Source: Synechococcus sp. | Lineage (GTDB): Bacteria > Cyanobacteriota > Cyanobacteriia > PCC-6307 > Cyanobiaceae | NCBI GenBank assembly: GCA_047284725.1 | Contig: JBJBEO010000001.1 | Span: forward strand, 256,001 to 320,000 | Length of the DNA: 64,000 bases | Direction: 5' to 3' | Part shown: one piece after another, positions 1-9,929 of the stretch | Layout: every line of letters begins with the position of its first letter | Position numbering within the stretch: the stretch's first letter is position 1 | Notes under the pieces: model-generated | The model's input: only the letters and a program-made list of their open reading frames with translations | The model's database searches: none | Told to the model about the DNA's origin: nothing | Program-made: the position numbers and the translations under genes

Positions 1-470
1 GGAATCGGGGTGGACGTCACATCAGGCTTGTCCCCCTCAGCGCTGAAGCGACCGCTGGTGTCACCGCGCTGAATGGCTTCCACGAAAAGCGGAAGGGTGA
101 TCTCCCCTTCATCCAACACCTTGAAATCGGCTTGGGCGATTTCCGGAGCATCGGGGGTGGAGCTGGCATAAGGACCGCCAACGGCCACGGTGAGGCCCCG
201 CCGTTTCGCCTCTCCGATCAAGCTCTGCATGTCGTCCTTCTGGACGATCATGCCCGAGATCACCACTAGTTCCGCCCATTGCCATTCCGCTTCGGTAACT
301 TCCCGCACATTGCGGTCGACCAACTTCATCTCCCACTCTTGGGGAAGCAGCGCAGCCACCGTGGCCAGGCCCAGCGGAGGTAGGAGGACCTTCCGATTCA
401 CCAGTTCGAGGATCTTCTCGTAGCTCCAGAAGGTTTTCGGGAACTGGGGATAAAGGAACAGGGTGCGCAT
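1..470 (-). CDS. B12-binding-domain radical SAM protein (DUF4070 type), 5' part; runs off the window
   Basis: Hand translation from ATG at 470: MRTLFLYPQFPKTFWSYEKILELVNRKVLLPPLGLATVAALLP...VAVGGPYAS...VLDEGE, typical of the cobalamin-binding N-terminus. Absent from the ORF track because it has no stop in the window. Confidence 0.85.
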   Translation of the reverse strand, partial: MRTLFLYPQFPKTFWSYEKILELVNRKVLLPPLGLATVAALLPQEWEMKLVDRNVREVTEAEWQWAELVVISGMIVQKDDMQSLIGEAKRRGLTVAVGGPYASSTPDAPEIAQADFKVLDEGEITLPLFVEAIQRGDTSGRFSAEGDKPDVTSTPI

Positions 471-645
471 GGGAACGTCGTGACGGGTTGATGGTGAGAA
501 CGGTGAGCTGCAGAGGAGGGAGCAGGTGGCCGACCGTGGTGCGGACCCGTCTGAGTTCGGGGCAAACAATGCATCAACCTTAGGGGGTATCCGGTGAAGA
601 CAGCCCCAAGGTCTGATCTAATAGGGAGGTCTTTCCATCAGTGCC

Positions 646-738
646 GTGGGCGTTGTCTTTTATCTGGGTCTTGTCGGTGCCGGTCTGGTGACGGCCGCTG
701 TGATCGGTGCGGTGCTGCGTGGCATCAAGCTGATCTGA
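646..738 (+). CDS. petL: cytochrome b6f complex subunit 6 (PetL)
   Basis: Hand translation MGVVFYLGLVGAGLVTAAVIGAVLRGIKLI*: 30 aa, one TM helix, PetL-type C-terminus LRxIKLI. Below the ORF track cutoff. Confidence 0.85.
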   Translation: MGVVFYLGLVGAGLVTAAVIGAVLRGIKLI

Positions 739-741
739 TTG

Positions 742-1986
742 TCATTGCAGCTTTGGAACGGTGCTCCCCACCTCGGGTAGCACTGTTCCACCGCGTCTCC
801 AGATTTCCCAAGACGCCACCAGCAAACCAACGCCTCCAGCGGTGGCGAATGTGGCCTGAAGCCCGAGTGTGCTGGCAATCATTGCGGCAATTAATCCGCT
901 CATTCCGCCTCCGCCCAGAAAGGCGATCTGACTCAGACCGGCCATCCGGCCGCGAATCACCTGGGGAGTTCCTATCTGGGTGATCAGATTGGCTGCGCTC
1001 AGCAGCCCTGCTGTTCCAGCACCGATCAGAAAGGCCATCGCCAGCACCCACCCGATTGCCTTGCTGCTGGCCATCCCGAGTTGGGCCAGAGCTGTGATCA
1101 AACCAAAACACCCCAGGGTCATGGCCGGCAAACGGCTGAAACGATGACTGTTGCGCTGCAACACGATTCCGCCAGCGATGCTTCCTGCCGCCAGAACGCT
1201 GGTGAACAGCCCAAGGTCTTGAGGGCTTTCTCCCAAGGTTTTGGCGGCAATCAGCGGGGCGAGCCCAGGGTGGAAAAAGCCGACCACGCAGATCAGTGCC
1301 GTGAATTTCAGCGCATGGCGCAGGATCGGTCCACAGTCTCGCCATGCCGACTGCAGGGATGTTGTGCCGGCCTGGGTGCTGCGTTGTTCCAGGGCGCGGT
1401 TGGGGTTCAGCAACCAGATCACGCTGGCGATCGGCAGCAGGTAGCTCAGGGCGTCGAGGCTGAGGGCTGTTGCAGGACCTGTCAAGGCCACGAGCCAGCC
1501 CCCCAGAGGTGGTCCCACCAGTTTTCCGACGTTGAACACCACCGAGAAACTGGTCAGGTAAGGCGCCAGCTGTTTTGGTTCGTCCACAAGGAGTGCGCAG
1601 TATTTGTTGCGGGCGGTGAGCTCATAGGAACTGGCAATGCCCATCAACAGCGTGCTCAGCAGCAGAATCAGAACCTGTGCCTGACCGCTGAGCAGCGGGA
1701 TGGCCATGGCGGCCAGCAACCCTGCACCCAAGAGGGCCCACTGGGCCTGCACCAGAACCCGCTCACATCCCAGCCGGTCGGTGCGGACTCCGGCCGGACC
1801 GCTCACCAACAGGGTCGGCAGGGACAGCGCTGCAAAGTGCAACGCCAGCAGCATGGCGTTCTGGGTGCCGCTCATCAGGATCCAGCCCTTGGCTGTGAGC
1901 CCGGCGAAGGATCCCGCCGTGCTCAGGCCTGAGGCGATCAAAAACAGTGTGCGCTGCTGCTGAAGACTGAACGATCGATCACTCAC
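742..1986 (-). CDS. MFS transporter
   Basis: 414 aa, about 12 hydrophobic segments, GVRTDRLG motif-A-like loop, IRGRMAGL motif. Confidence 0.85.
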   Translation of the reverse strand: MSDRSFSLQQQRTLFLIASGLSTAGSFAGLTAKGWILMSGTQNAMLLALHFAALSLPTLLVSGPAGVRTDRLGCERVLVQAQWALLGAGLLAAMAIPLLSGQAQVLILLLSTLLMGIASSYELTARNKYCALLVDEPKQLAPYLTSFSVVFNVGKLVGPPLGGWLVALTGPATALSLDALSYLLPIASVIWLLNPNRALEQRSTQAGTTSLQSAWRDCGPILRHALKFTALICVVGFFHPGLAPLIAAKTLGESPQDLGLFTSVLAAGSIAGGIVLQRNSHRFSRLPAMTLGCFGLITALAQLGMASSKAIGWVLAMAFLIGAGTAGLLSAANLITQIGTPQVIRGRMAGLSQIAFLGGGGMSGLIAAMIASTLGLQATFATAGGVGLLVASWEIWRRGGTVLPEVGSTVPKLQ

Positions 1987-3380
1987 GAGCCGTGACGCAC
2001 CGCCGCCACCATGGCAGCTGCACCCACGACTTTTCCGGTGAGGTCGTAGACATCGGAGCCGGTGATCAGCACGGGCACCATCGTGCCGGGGCTGGCCTGA
2101 AGTCCGTTGTCGCCTGGATGGACAAGCACCTCTCCGTCCACTTCGGGGGCGAACCGGGAGCAGCGACCGATCATCTCTCCGGTGCTGGGGTTGTGCTGCT
2201 CGATCAGGACATCAACGGTGCGGCCCACCCAACGGCTGTTGCCGGCGGCGGAGATGGGTTGCTGCAGGGTCATCAGCCGGTCTTTGCGGGCGATGGCGAT
2301 CTCTTCCGGAACGTGATCGGGGAGGGTCGCCGCCGGCGTGCCGTCTTCAGGGGAGAACGTGAACACGCCCACATGGTCAAAACGCTGGCGCTCGATGAAC
2401 GAAGCAAGGTGCTCGAACTGCTCTTCGGTTTCCCCTGGGAAGCCCACGATCAAGGTGGTGCGGAGCACCGCGTCGGGGAGCTGGTCACGAATCTGGTCGA
2501 GCAGACGCTCATTCACATCCGCTTGCCAGGGCCGATTCATCGCCCGCAGCACATCCGGGTGGCTGTGCTGCAAGGGCAGATCGAGATAGGGCAGCACATT
2601 CGGCACGTCGCGGTATGCAGCCAGCACCTCTGGTGTCAGTCCAGTGGGGTAGGCGTAGTGGACACGGATCCAAGGGATTTCCACCTCACCCAGGGCCCTG
2701 AGCAGATCCGCCAGTCGCGGTTTTCCGTAGAGATCAAGGCCGTAATTGGTCGTGATCTGACTGATCAGGATGAGCTCCTGCACGCCCTGGGCAGCAAGCT
2801 GATGGGCTTCCGCCACGATCGACTCAATCGGTCTTGATCGTTGATTGCCCCGCAGGTGGGGAATGATGCAGAAAGCGCAGCGGTAGTCGCAGCCTTCCGC
2901 CACCTTGAGGTAGGCCACCGCTTCGCCGGTGGTGCGATAGCGAGGCAGGTTCTCATCGCCCACGAATGTCGGGGTCTGGCTCACCCGGTTGACGCGTTCG
3001 CCGGCTTCCACCCGTTGAAGCACATCGACGATGTGTTGATAGTCGCCGGTGCCCACGATCGCCTTGGCTTCAGGCAGCGACTCCAGCAGTTCCTCTTGAA
3101 AATGCTGAGCCAAGCAGCCAGCAATGATGAGCTCCTTGCCCTGTTCCGCGAGGCCCACCAGGGTGCGGACGGATTCTTCGCGGGCATCTTGAATGAAGCT
3201 GCAGGTATTGACCACAACCACATTGGCGTCGTTCTCATCGCTGCTGACGCCATAGCCAGCCTCTGAGAGAAGGCCGAGCATATGCTCGGTGTCAACACGG
3301 TTCTTTTCACAGCCCAGGTGTGAGAACGCCACGGTGGGTCGTGTGTTCTGGGCGCTGACGCGCGTCGCCTCTGCGGCCAT
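1983..3380 (-). CDS. rimO: ribosomal protein S12 methylthiotransferase RimO
   Basis: [15 protein letters not shown], radical [12 protein letters not shown] motif, C-terminal TRAM region with APEVDG. Confidence 0.95.
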   Translation of the reverse strand: MAAEATRVSAQNTRPTVAFSHLGCEKNRVDTEHMLGLLSEAGYGVSSDENDANVVVVNTCSFIQDAREESVRTLVGLAEQGKELIIAGCLAQHFQEELLESLPEAKAIVGTGDYQHIVDVLQRVEAGERVNRVSQTPTFVGDENLPRYRTTGEAVAYLKVAEGCDYRCAFCIIPHLRGNQRSRPIESIVAEAHQLAAQGVQELILISQITTNYGLDLYGKPRLADLLRALGEVEIPWIRVHYAYPTGLTPEVLAAYRDVPNVLPYLDLPLQHSHPDVLRAMNRPWQADVNERLLDQIRDQLPDAVLRTTLIVGFPGETEEQFEHLASFIERQRFDHVGVFTFSPEDGTPAATLPDHVPEEIAIARKDRLMTLQQPISAAGNSRWVGRTVDVLIEQHNPSTGEMIGRCSRFAPEVDGEVLVHPGDNGLQASPGTMVPVLITGSDVYDLTGKVVGAAAMVAAVRHGS

Positions 3381-3516
3381 GGGCTGACCAATAATTCTTC
3401 ACCATACGGTTGCACCCGCAGCCAGGCCCTGAGGGTCACCCTGCGTGAGTGCTGAATCTGCCCCGCTGAACCCTGCGGCGATTCCTGTCACACTGGCTCT
3501 GATTTCACCAGCTTCC

Positions 3517-4488
3517 ATGGCCGCCACGCGCCTCACCAGTCGTCGCCGTCAAGATCCGGGGTCCAAATGGGTTCGCATCGCCATGGCCGTTCTGGCCACG
3601 GTTGGCGTGATTGATACCGGTTCGATCACCCTCAAACGGTGGGGACTGTTTGGTGATCTCACCTGCCCTGCGGGTGGAGATGGGTGCGATCAGGTGCTGA
3701 GCAGTGCCTGGGGGACCCTGTTCAAGGGCGATGGGTTCACGATTCCGCTGTCGTTTGCTGGTCTGCTCGCCTACGCGGTCGTGCTGGTGATGGCGATCCT
3801 GCCGCTTCTTCCCGGATTGGCTGAGAACAAGACCGACCTGTCCCGCCGTACCTGGTGGGGGATGTTTTCGGCGTCTTTGGGGATGACGGTGTTCAGCCTG
3901 GTGCTGATGGGGATCATGGTCTTCAAGATTCCTCTGACCTTGCCTGATCCCCAGGCGATTGGCTCCGTTTGGTGTTTCTTCTGCGTCTTGTCCGCGGTCA
4001 TCTCTTTGTCATTGCTGGTGCTGTCGGTGCTGGGTGGTGGTTGGGACGACATCAGCCAGTTGCTGTTCCGTGGCGTGTTGCTGGCCTTGGCTGTGCTGCT
4101 GGGCAGCTTGATCTGGGCATCGGTGGTGGATCCAGACCGCCCGGCTCAGACACCAGACGGAAAAACTGCTCCTCGCGTCACTACCAGAAGTTCTGAGGCG
4201 AAGGTGGCCCTTGCCGATCACCTCACAGCCGAAGGTGCTGTTCTGTACACCGCGTATTGGTGTCCCCACTGCCATGACCAGAAGCAGCTGTTCGGCAAGG
4301 AGGCTTCATCCAAGCTGAACATCGTGGAGTGTGCTGCCGATGGGGTGAACGGTCAGCCCAAGCTCTGTGCCAGCAAAGGTATTGAGGGTTTCCCCTCCTG
4401 GGAGATCGAAGGCAAGCTTGATTCCGGTGTCAAACCGTTGGATGCGTTGGCCGATCTGTCGGGTTACAAGGGTTCAAAGGCCTTCTGA
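3517..4488 (+). CDS. vitamin K epoxide reductase-thioredoxin fusion (VKOR/LTO1-like disulfide formation protein)
   Basis: TC...GCDQVLSS loop cysteines, membrane CFFC, C-terminal Trx-like WCPHC...GFPSW. Start taken at ATG 3517. Confidence 0.92.
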   Translation: MAATRLTSRRRQDPGSKWVRIAMAVLATVGVIDTGSITLKRWGLFGDLTCPAGGDGCDQVLSSAWGTLFKGDGFTIPLSFAGLLAYAVVLVMAILPLLPGLAENKTDLSRRTWWGMFSASLGMTVFSLVLMGIMVFKIPLTLPDPQAIGSVWCFFCVLSAVISLSLLVLSVLGGGWDDISQLLFRGVLLALAVLLGSLIWASVVDPDRPAQTPDGKTAPRVTTRSSEAKVALADHLTAEGAVLYTAYWCPHCHDQKQLFGKEASSKLNIVECAADGVNGQPKLCASKGIEGFPSWEIEGKLDSGVKPLDALADLSGYKGSKAF

Positions 4489-4499
4489 AGCTTTGGTTG

Positions 4500-6179
4500 T
4501 TAGGTGTTGACCGGCCGGGTGTGGATGCTGCGTCCACGCTGCTGCCTGGAATGGCATTGCCATTGCGGCATAGCCAAGGGGGCGTCACCACGGAAATGAC
4601 CACCCCGGCTTTCTTGCCGAAACAGGCAGGCTTCCAGGAGCAGGGCACTGCTGCGATGGCGGTGGTGGAGGTCGAGCAGCAAATTCAGATCCCGCCGACT
4701 GGGCTCCTCGAGAAGATAGTCCTGGTCGCAGGCTTGATTGTTCAGCAGCGTCAGGGCCGCTTCAGCCTCCAAGACCGGCATTGTCTGCAGGGTCTCTCTC
4801 AGGAGGTCACACATGCCGCGCACCGACCGGTCCACTCCAGCCACTGCCCAGCACTGACCGCGCAGCTGGTTGATGGCCTTTGTCATGTCCTCGGTGTTCA
4901 TGCTGCTGCGCAGGTTGGAGCGCAGTGGCTGACGCATTTGGACGGAGGGAAGCGGTGCGAGGTCGCCCCAGGCCGGCAAGTCGATTTGCCTCAGTTGCCT
5001 GGCGTAGACGAGGCATTCCATCAGTGAATTGCTGGCCAGGCGATTGGCCCCATGGACGCCCGTACACGCTGCTTCCCCAACCGCATAGAGACCGGGCACG
5101 TTGGTGGCGGCGTGGTGATCCGTGGCAATGCCCCCCATCCAGTAGTGGGCGGCTGGGGCCACGGGAATGGGCCGTTCGAGGGGGTGCAGTCCGAACGCAC
5201 GGCAGCGTTCCAGGATTGTGGGGAACCGACGCTCTGCTGTTTCGCGGGGGATTGGCCTGAGGTCGAGGCCAGTGTGGTCCGTGCGGAGCCGGCGCATGCT
5301 GTGTACCAGGGCACGACTGACTTGGTCCCTGGGGGCCAGATCGCCCCCAGGCAGTCCGGCGACAGGGCTTCCACCCTCACGATCAATCAGCACCCCTCCC
5401 TCGCCGCGCACAGCTTCGGAAATCAGGAAGCAGGGAGCCCCCGGCACATGAAGAGCGGTGGGATGGAACTGCACGAACTCGAGATCTTCGATGGCAGCAC
5501 CGGCTTGCCAGGCCAGTGCAATGCCTTCCCCTGCCGCCTGGGCTGGGTTCGTGGTGTTGGTGTAGAGATGCCCTCCCCCGCCGGTGGCCAGCACCACCGC
5601 CCTGGCTCTGATCCAGTGCAGCAGGGGCCCGTCCAGGACCTGTACGCCGCAACAGCGTCCGTTGTCGACCCAAAGCTTGCTGACCCGTACACCGCGTCGA
5701 TGCAGCAGGCCAGGCCGTTGTTCGACCTGGTCCCGCAGCACATCCACAAGGGCTCGGCCGGTTTGATCCTGCACATGCAGCACCCGGTGATGGCTGTGGG
5801 CCGCCTCCAGGGTGGTGGCCAGGCTGCCATCACTGTTGCGGTCAAAGGCCATGCCCACTTGCAGCAGCCTCTCAACGCACTGTGGTGCCTGGTCCACGAG
5901 CAGTCGAACGGCATCCCCGTCACAGAGGCCAGCGCCTGCCTGAATCGTGTCGCTGGCGTGGCTGGCCGCGCTGTCGTTCTCACGGGTGACCGACGCGATT
6001 CCCCCTTGCGCCCAGCGACTCGAGGAGCGACGGCTGGTGTTGCGATTGAGCAGCAGAACTTTCAGGCCCTCTGGAAGTTCCAGGCAGGTCATCAAGCCAG
6101 CGGCACCGGCTCCGACGACCACCACATCCCAGGGGCCACTTGGAATCGGGGCTTGACGCCCAGCATGGGAGCTCATCAT
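4500..6179 (-). CDS. nadB: L-aspartate oxidase
   Basis: GAGAAG, AQGGIA, EFVQFHPT, SEAVRGEG, HGANRLASNSL, ESRGGHFR. Confidence 0.95.
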   Translation of the reverse strand: MMSSHAGRQAPIPSGPWDVVVVGAGAAGLMTCLELPEGLKVLLLNRNTSRRSSSRWAQGGIASVTRENDSAASHASDTIQAGAGLCDGDAVRLLVDQAPQCVERLLQVGMAFDRNSDGSLATTLEAAHSHHRVLHVQDQTGRALVDVLRDQVEQRPGLLHRRGVRVSKLWVDNGRCCGVQVLDGPLLHWIRARAVVLATGGGGHLYTNTTNPAQAAGEGIALAWQAGAAIEDLEFVQFHPTALHVPGAPCFLISEAVRGEGGVLIDREGGSPVAGLPGGDLAPRDQVSRALVHSMRRLRTDHTGLDLRPIPRETAERRFPTILERCRAFGLHPLERPIPVAPAAHYWMGGIATDHHAATNVPGLYAVGEAACTGVHGANRLASNSLMECLVYARQLRQIDLPAWGDLAPLPSVQMRQPLRSNLRSSMNTEDMTKAINQLRGQCWAVAGVDRSVRGMCDLLRETLQTMPVLEAEAALTLLNNQACDQDYLLEEPSRRDLNLLLDLHHRHRSSALLLEACLFRQESRGGHFRGDAPLAMPQWQCHSRQQRGRSIHTRPVNT

Positions 6180-6259
6180 TCCACCAAAAAAACCGTCGGC
6201 ATCGCCGACGGTTTGACTTGGGACCTTTCAGCTCGGAACGATGGGTTCAGAACAGACCC

Positions 6260-6637
6260 TCAGCGGTACTGACCATCGTTGATGCGGTCAAAGCCCTCAT
6301 TCAGAGCAATCGAGGGGGCTGTCACGACGAAATTGTCGCGGTACTTGGAGAACAATTCCTTTTGTCGATCGGTGAGATCGAGGCTGAGAACATCGTCCAC
6401 GCTGTCGTAAGGGCCACCCAGCACGATCTTGCCGGCGAGGGTTGGATACATGCCTGGGAATTGCTGGAACCGCCGCACAGACGAGTTGTTGAGGTCGACC
6501 TTGTCGCCACGCTCAGCGATCTTGTCGTCGACCACGTTGCGAATCTCATCGGCATAGGTGGCCTGCGGAAGCATCAGCCCCAGCACTAGGCCTGCCATCA
6601 AAACAACACCAGTCAGCCAGGAGACCAGCCGCTTCAT
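6260..6637 (-). CDS. psbU: photosystem II extrinsic protein PsbU
   Basis: Signal peptide, then KVDLNN...PGMYPTLA...GPYDSVDDVL...DRINDGQY. Confidence 0.95.
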   Translation of the reverse strand: MKRLVSWLTGVVLMAGLVLGLMLPQATYADEIRNVVDDKIAERGDKVDLNNSSVRRFQQFPGMYPTLAGKIVLGGPYDSVDDVLSLDLTDRQKELFSKYRDNFVVTAPSIALNEGFDRINDGQYR

Positions 6638-6749
6638 CGGAACACTCCGTCGGGAATCGGAACGAGACTTCCGGCATTGCCGGTAGGGGCACCTTACAAG
6701 TGAGCAATGGCCAATCTCCTGCTCTTGATGCGACCTTTTGCAGTTCGTT

Positions 6750-7511
6750 TCAGATCAGGCCGCTGAAGCTGGGATGAACGAGGGCCATCAGCAGGAACAA
6801 TCCATCCACCATCACGGTGGTCACCAGCACAGAGGCACCGACAGCCCAGCATTCGGAATGCATCAAGGACCATCGGCTGCGGCTTTGCATGCTGTTGGCC
6901 ATGGAGAGAATCGCAGCGGCCAATCCGATCATCACCAGCAGTGGCAGCGGATGACGCAGAGATGCGGCGGCGGTGTTGAGCATGGGCCCCGCTTCTGCAA
7001 GCTCTGCTTGCACCACCTCCGGCCAGAAGCGCATCACCCCAGTCAGTGCCATGGCGAGATCGGTGATCGCGGTACCCACCAATGAGGCGAGATAGAAGGC
7101 GCATCCCAGTCGCCAGCGACTGCTCAGACCGGTCAGTGCCAGGGGAAGGGCGATCGCTTCCACCGGTAGATGCCAGCTGGGGTGCGCTCTCAGCCACCCC
7201 CAGAACAGACTCCCCGCCAGCCAGCTCCCGCTGAATCCCAGGAGCAGGGAACCTCCCAGGCGCAGTGGCGGTTGCTGCTGCAACTCCAGACTGATGGCCA
7301 GAGCCAGCAGCACTGCTGTGAAAACACAGGCACTGAAAGGATGCAGCCGTACCCAGGGTGCCTGAAGAAACACTGGCAACACCACAAGAACAGCCGCCCA
7401 GATCTGCAAGCCCCGATGCTGACCGCTGCCGGGACCTGCGTTTGCCAGTGTCGATGGAGTCTCGAGCCTGGGGTGATCCAGCGCATTGGGTTGGATCAGA
7501 CCGCTGGGCAA
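6750..7511 (-). CDS. conserved cyanobacterial membrane protein (DUF3120 family)
   Basis: PVFLQAPWVR, GSLFWGWLR..P.WHLPVEA and ASLVGTAITD motifs; adjacent to psbU. Start uncertain. Confidence 0.8.
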   Translation of the reverse strand: MPSGLIQPNALDHPRLETPSTLANAGPGSGQHRGLQIWAAVLVVLPVFLQAPWVRLHPFSACVFTAVLLALAISLELQQQPPLRLGGSLLLGFSGSWLAGSLFWGWLRAHPSWHLPVEAIALPLALTGLSSRWRLGCAFYLASLVGTAITDLAMALTGVMRFWPEVVQAELAEAGPMLNTAAASLRHPLPLLVMIGLAAAILSMANSMQSRSRWSLMHSECWAVGASVLVTTVMVDGLFLLMALVHPSFSGLI

Positions 7512-7627
7512 GGGGGATGACTCCTGAACTGTGAAGAAAGAACCGAAACCTTAGAAGAGTCTTGTGCAGAAGGGGGTGGCGCCATGGCCTGAATCGACAT
7601 AGCGTCACTGCGCTGTTGCCCTTTTCG

Positions 7628-8488
7628 ATGACTGACGTTGTGGCGACACCCGGGTTGTTGGAAGCCTGTTGGCGCAATTTCATCCTTGGCGTGGTGCAGG
7701 GGCTGACGGAGTTTCTGCCGATAAGCAGTACGGCCCATCTCAAGGTGGTGCCTGTCCTGGCTGGATGGGGGGATCCCGGGGTCTCGGTGACCGCTGTGAT
7801 TCAACTGGGGAGCATTGCTGCGGTGATCGCTTATTTCCGCTCTGATCTCCAGCAAGTGCTGCGGGGGATTGGACAGGCCGTTGGGCGGGGGCAATGGCGC
7901 GAACCTGAGGCGCGCCTCGGCCTCGCGATGGCGGTGGGAACCGTGCCGATTCTGGTCGCGGGTTTCCTGATCAAGGGGTTCTGGCCTGGCTATTCCTCCT
8001 CTCCCCTGAGGAGCGTGCCTTCGATCGCGGTTGTCTCGATCTTGATGGCGTTGCTGCTGGCTCTCGCGGAGAGGCTGGGCCCAAGACTGAAAACGTTGCC
8101 GCAGGTTCAGGGTCGCGATGGCTTCGTTGTGGGTTTGGCCCAGGCCCTCGCCATCATTCCTGGCGTCTCCCGCTCTGGCAGCACCCTCACAGCATCGTTG
8201 TTTGATGGCTGGCAGCGGGCCGATGCCGCGCGCTTTTCCTTTCTGCTCGGGATCCCAGCGATCACGATTGCTGGCTTGGTCGAGTTGAAAGATGCCCTTG
8301 CCGATCCCAATGCCGGTGGCGTGGTTCCTCTGCTGGTGGGGATCGTCTCCGCCGCTGTGGTGTCGTGGCTGGCGATTGATTGGTTGATTCGTTACCTGCA
8401 GCGCCATAGCACGTGGATCTTCGTCGCCTATCGGCTCCTGTTTGGTGTGGCGTTGCTGGCCTGGTGGGCGACCGCGGCTTCAGACTGA
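7628..8488 (+). CDS. uppP: undecaprenyl-diphosphate phosphatase
   Basis: GVVQGLTEFLPISSTAH and PGVSRSGST motifs. Confidence 0.95.
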   Translation: MTDVVATPGLLEACWRNFILGVVQGLTEFLPISSTAHLKVVPVLAGWGDPGVSVTAVIQLGSIAAVIAYFRSDLQQVLRGIGQAVGRGQWREPEARLGLAMAVGTVPILVAGFLIKGFWPGYSSSPLRSVPSIAVVSILMALLLALAERLGPRLKTLPQVQGRDGFVVGLAQALAIIPGVSRSGSTLTASLFDGWQRADAARFSFLLGIPAITIAGLVELKDALADPNAGGVVPLLVGIVSAAVVSWLAIDWLIRYLQRHSTWIFVAYRLLFGVALLAWWATAASD

Positions 8489-8507
8489 GTTCAGAAGCGG
8501 TTTCGCC

Positions 8508-9905
8508 GTGTGGAATGAACCCTCTGCGGGCGTCGCCGTCGCGGCGCTCGATTCGGAGTCATCAGCGCGTCAGCCGGCGCCCGCTGTGGTTGTGGCTGTG
8601 GAGCCAGGCTCGATTGGTGAAGACCTGGGATTTGAACCGGGTGATCAGTTGCTCAGCATCAATGGCGTCAGGCCCCGTGACCTGATCGATTACCGCTACC
8701 TCTGTGTCGAGGAGGAGTTGCATCTTGAAGTGCGTGATGCGGCTGGGGTCCTTCACCAGGTCGCTTTCGAAAAAGACGCCGACGACGGGCTTGGCCTGGA
8801 GTTCAGTGAGGCCCTCTTTGATGGGTTGCGTCAGTGCAATAACGCCTGCCCGTTCTGCTTCATCGATCAACAACCGCCCGGACGGCGAAGCAGTCTGTAT
8901 CTCAAGGATGATGACTATCGCCTCAGCTTCCTCTATGGGTCGTATCTGACCCTGACCAATCTCACTGACGCGGACTGGCAACGGATCGAACAGCAGCGCC
9001 TGTCGCCCTTGTTTGTCTCGGTGCATGCCACGGCACCGGAATTAAGGACACGGCTGTTGAAGAATCCACGCGCTGGCCAGTTGATGGAGCAGTTGCACTG
9101 GTTCGCCCAGCGGCAGTTGCAGATCCACGCTCAGGTGGTGGTCTGTCCAGGCATCAACGACGGGGAGGCTCTGGAACACACTCTGACGGATCTGGCCGGT
9201 TTCGCGGATGGGGAGAGGCCTGCCGTGCTGTCTGCGGCAGTGGTTCCTGTTGGTTTGACCCGCTTCCGCCCCGCAGATGATGGCCTTGTGCCTGTGTCAC
9301 CGGGGGATGCGCGCGCTGTGATCGCGCGGGTGGAGCCCATGCAGCAGCAGTTTCAGCGCCGCTTGGGCAGTCGATTTGCCTGGTTGTCGGATGAGTGGTA
9401 TCTGATGGCAGGGCTTCCGCTGCCGCCGAGGGCCAGTTACGAAGACTTGCCCCAGCAGGAAAATGGTGTGGGCAGCATTCGCGCCTTTCTGGAGTCGCTT
9501 GATCAAGCCAGCATTCAGTTGCCGGAACGCATTGATGGGCCGTTACACAGCAGCTGGGTCGTCGGCCGCCTCGTGGATGGAGCGCTTGCACCAGTGACCA
9601 CGCGACTGAACGCAGTGGATGGGGTGACGCTGAATCTTTATGGGTTACCCAGCCCTTATTGGGGGCAAGATCAGGTCGTCACTGGACTCTTAACGGGACA
9701 GGATCTCCTCCAAGGTCTGGAGGGCTGCGATCTTGGTGACCAATTGCTTTTGCCTTCAGTGATGCTGCGTCAGGGAGATCCCGTGTTTCTCGACGATATG
9801 ACTCTGGCTGAATTGGAGGGGAAATTGTCTGTTCCGATTCGAATTGTGAATGGAGCAGCTGACATCGTGGCTTCAGTTCTGGGCCAAACCGCTGAAAGCC
9901 ACTAA
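8508..9905 (+). CDS. PDZ-containing radical SAM protein (TIGR03279/DUF512 family)
   Basis: N-terminal PDZ (PGDQLLSING), CNNACPFCFIDQ, KDDDYRLSFLYG, QENGVG. Confidence 0.9.
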   Translation: MWNEPSAGVAVAALDSESSARQPAPAVVVAVEPGSIGEDLGFEPGDQLLSINGVRPRDLIDYRYLCVEEELHLEVRDAAGVLHQVAFEKDADDGLGLEFSEALFDGLRQCNNACPFCFIDQQPPGRRSSLYLKDDDYRLSFLYGSYLTLTNLTDADWQRIEQQRLSPLFVSVHATAPELRTRLLKNPRAGQLMEQLHWFAQRQLQIHAQVVVCPGINDGEALEHTLTDLAGFADGERPAVLSAAVVPVGLTRFRPADDGLVPVSPGDARAVIARVEPMQQQFQRRLGSRFAWLSDEWYLMAGLPLPPRASYEDLPQQENGVGSIRAFLESLDQASIQLPERIDGPLHSSWVVGRLVDGALAPVTTRLNAVDGVTLNLYGLPSPYWGQDQVVTGLLTGQDLLQGLEGCDLGDQLLLPSVMLRQGDPVFLDDMTLAELEGKLSVPIRIVNGAADIVASVLGQTAESH

Positions 9906-9929
9906 GCTCCGACAAGATTTGATGATGCT

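Noticed and set aside
7150..7157. HIP1 octamer GCGATCGC
   Set aside because: Only sporadic copies were noticed, with no evident over-representation.
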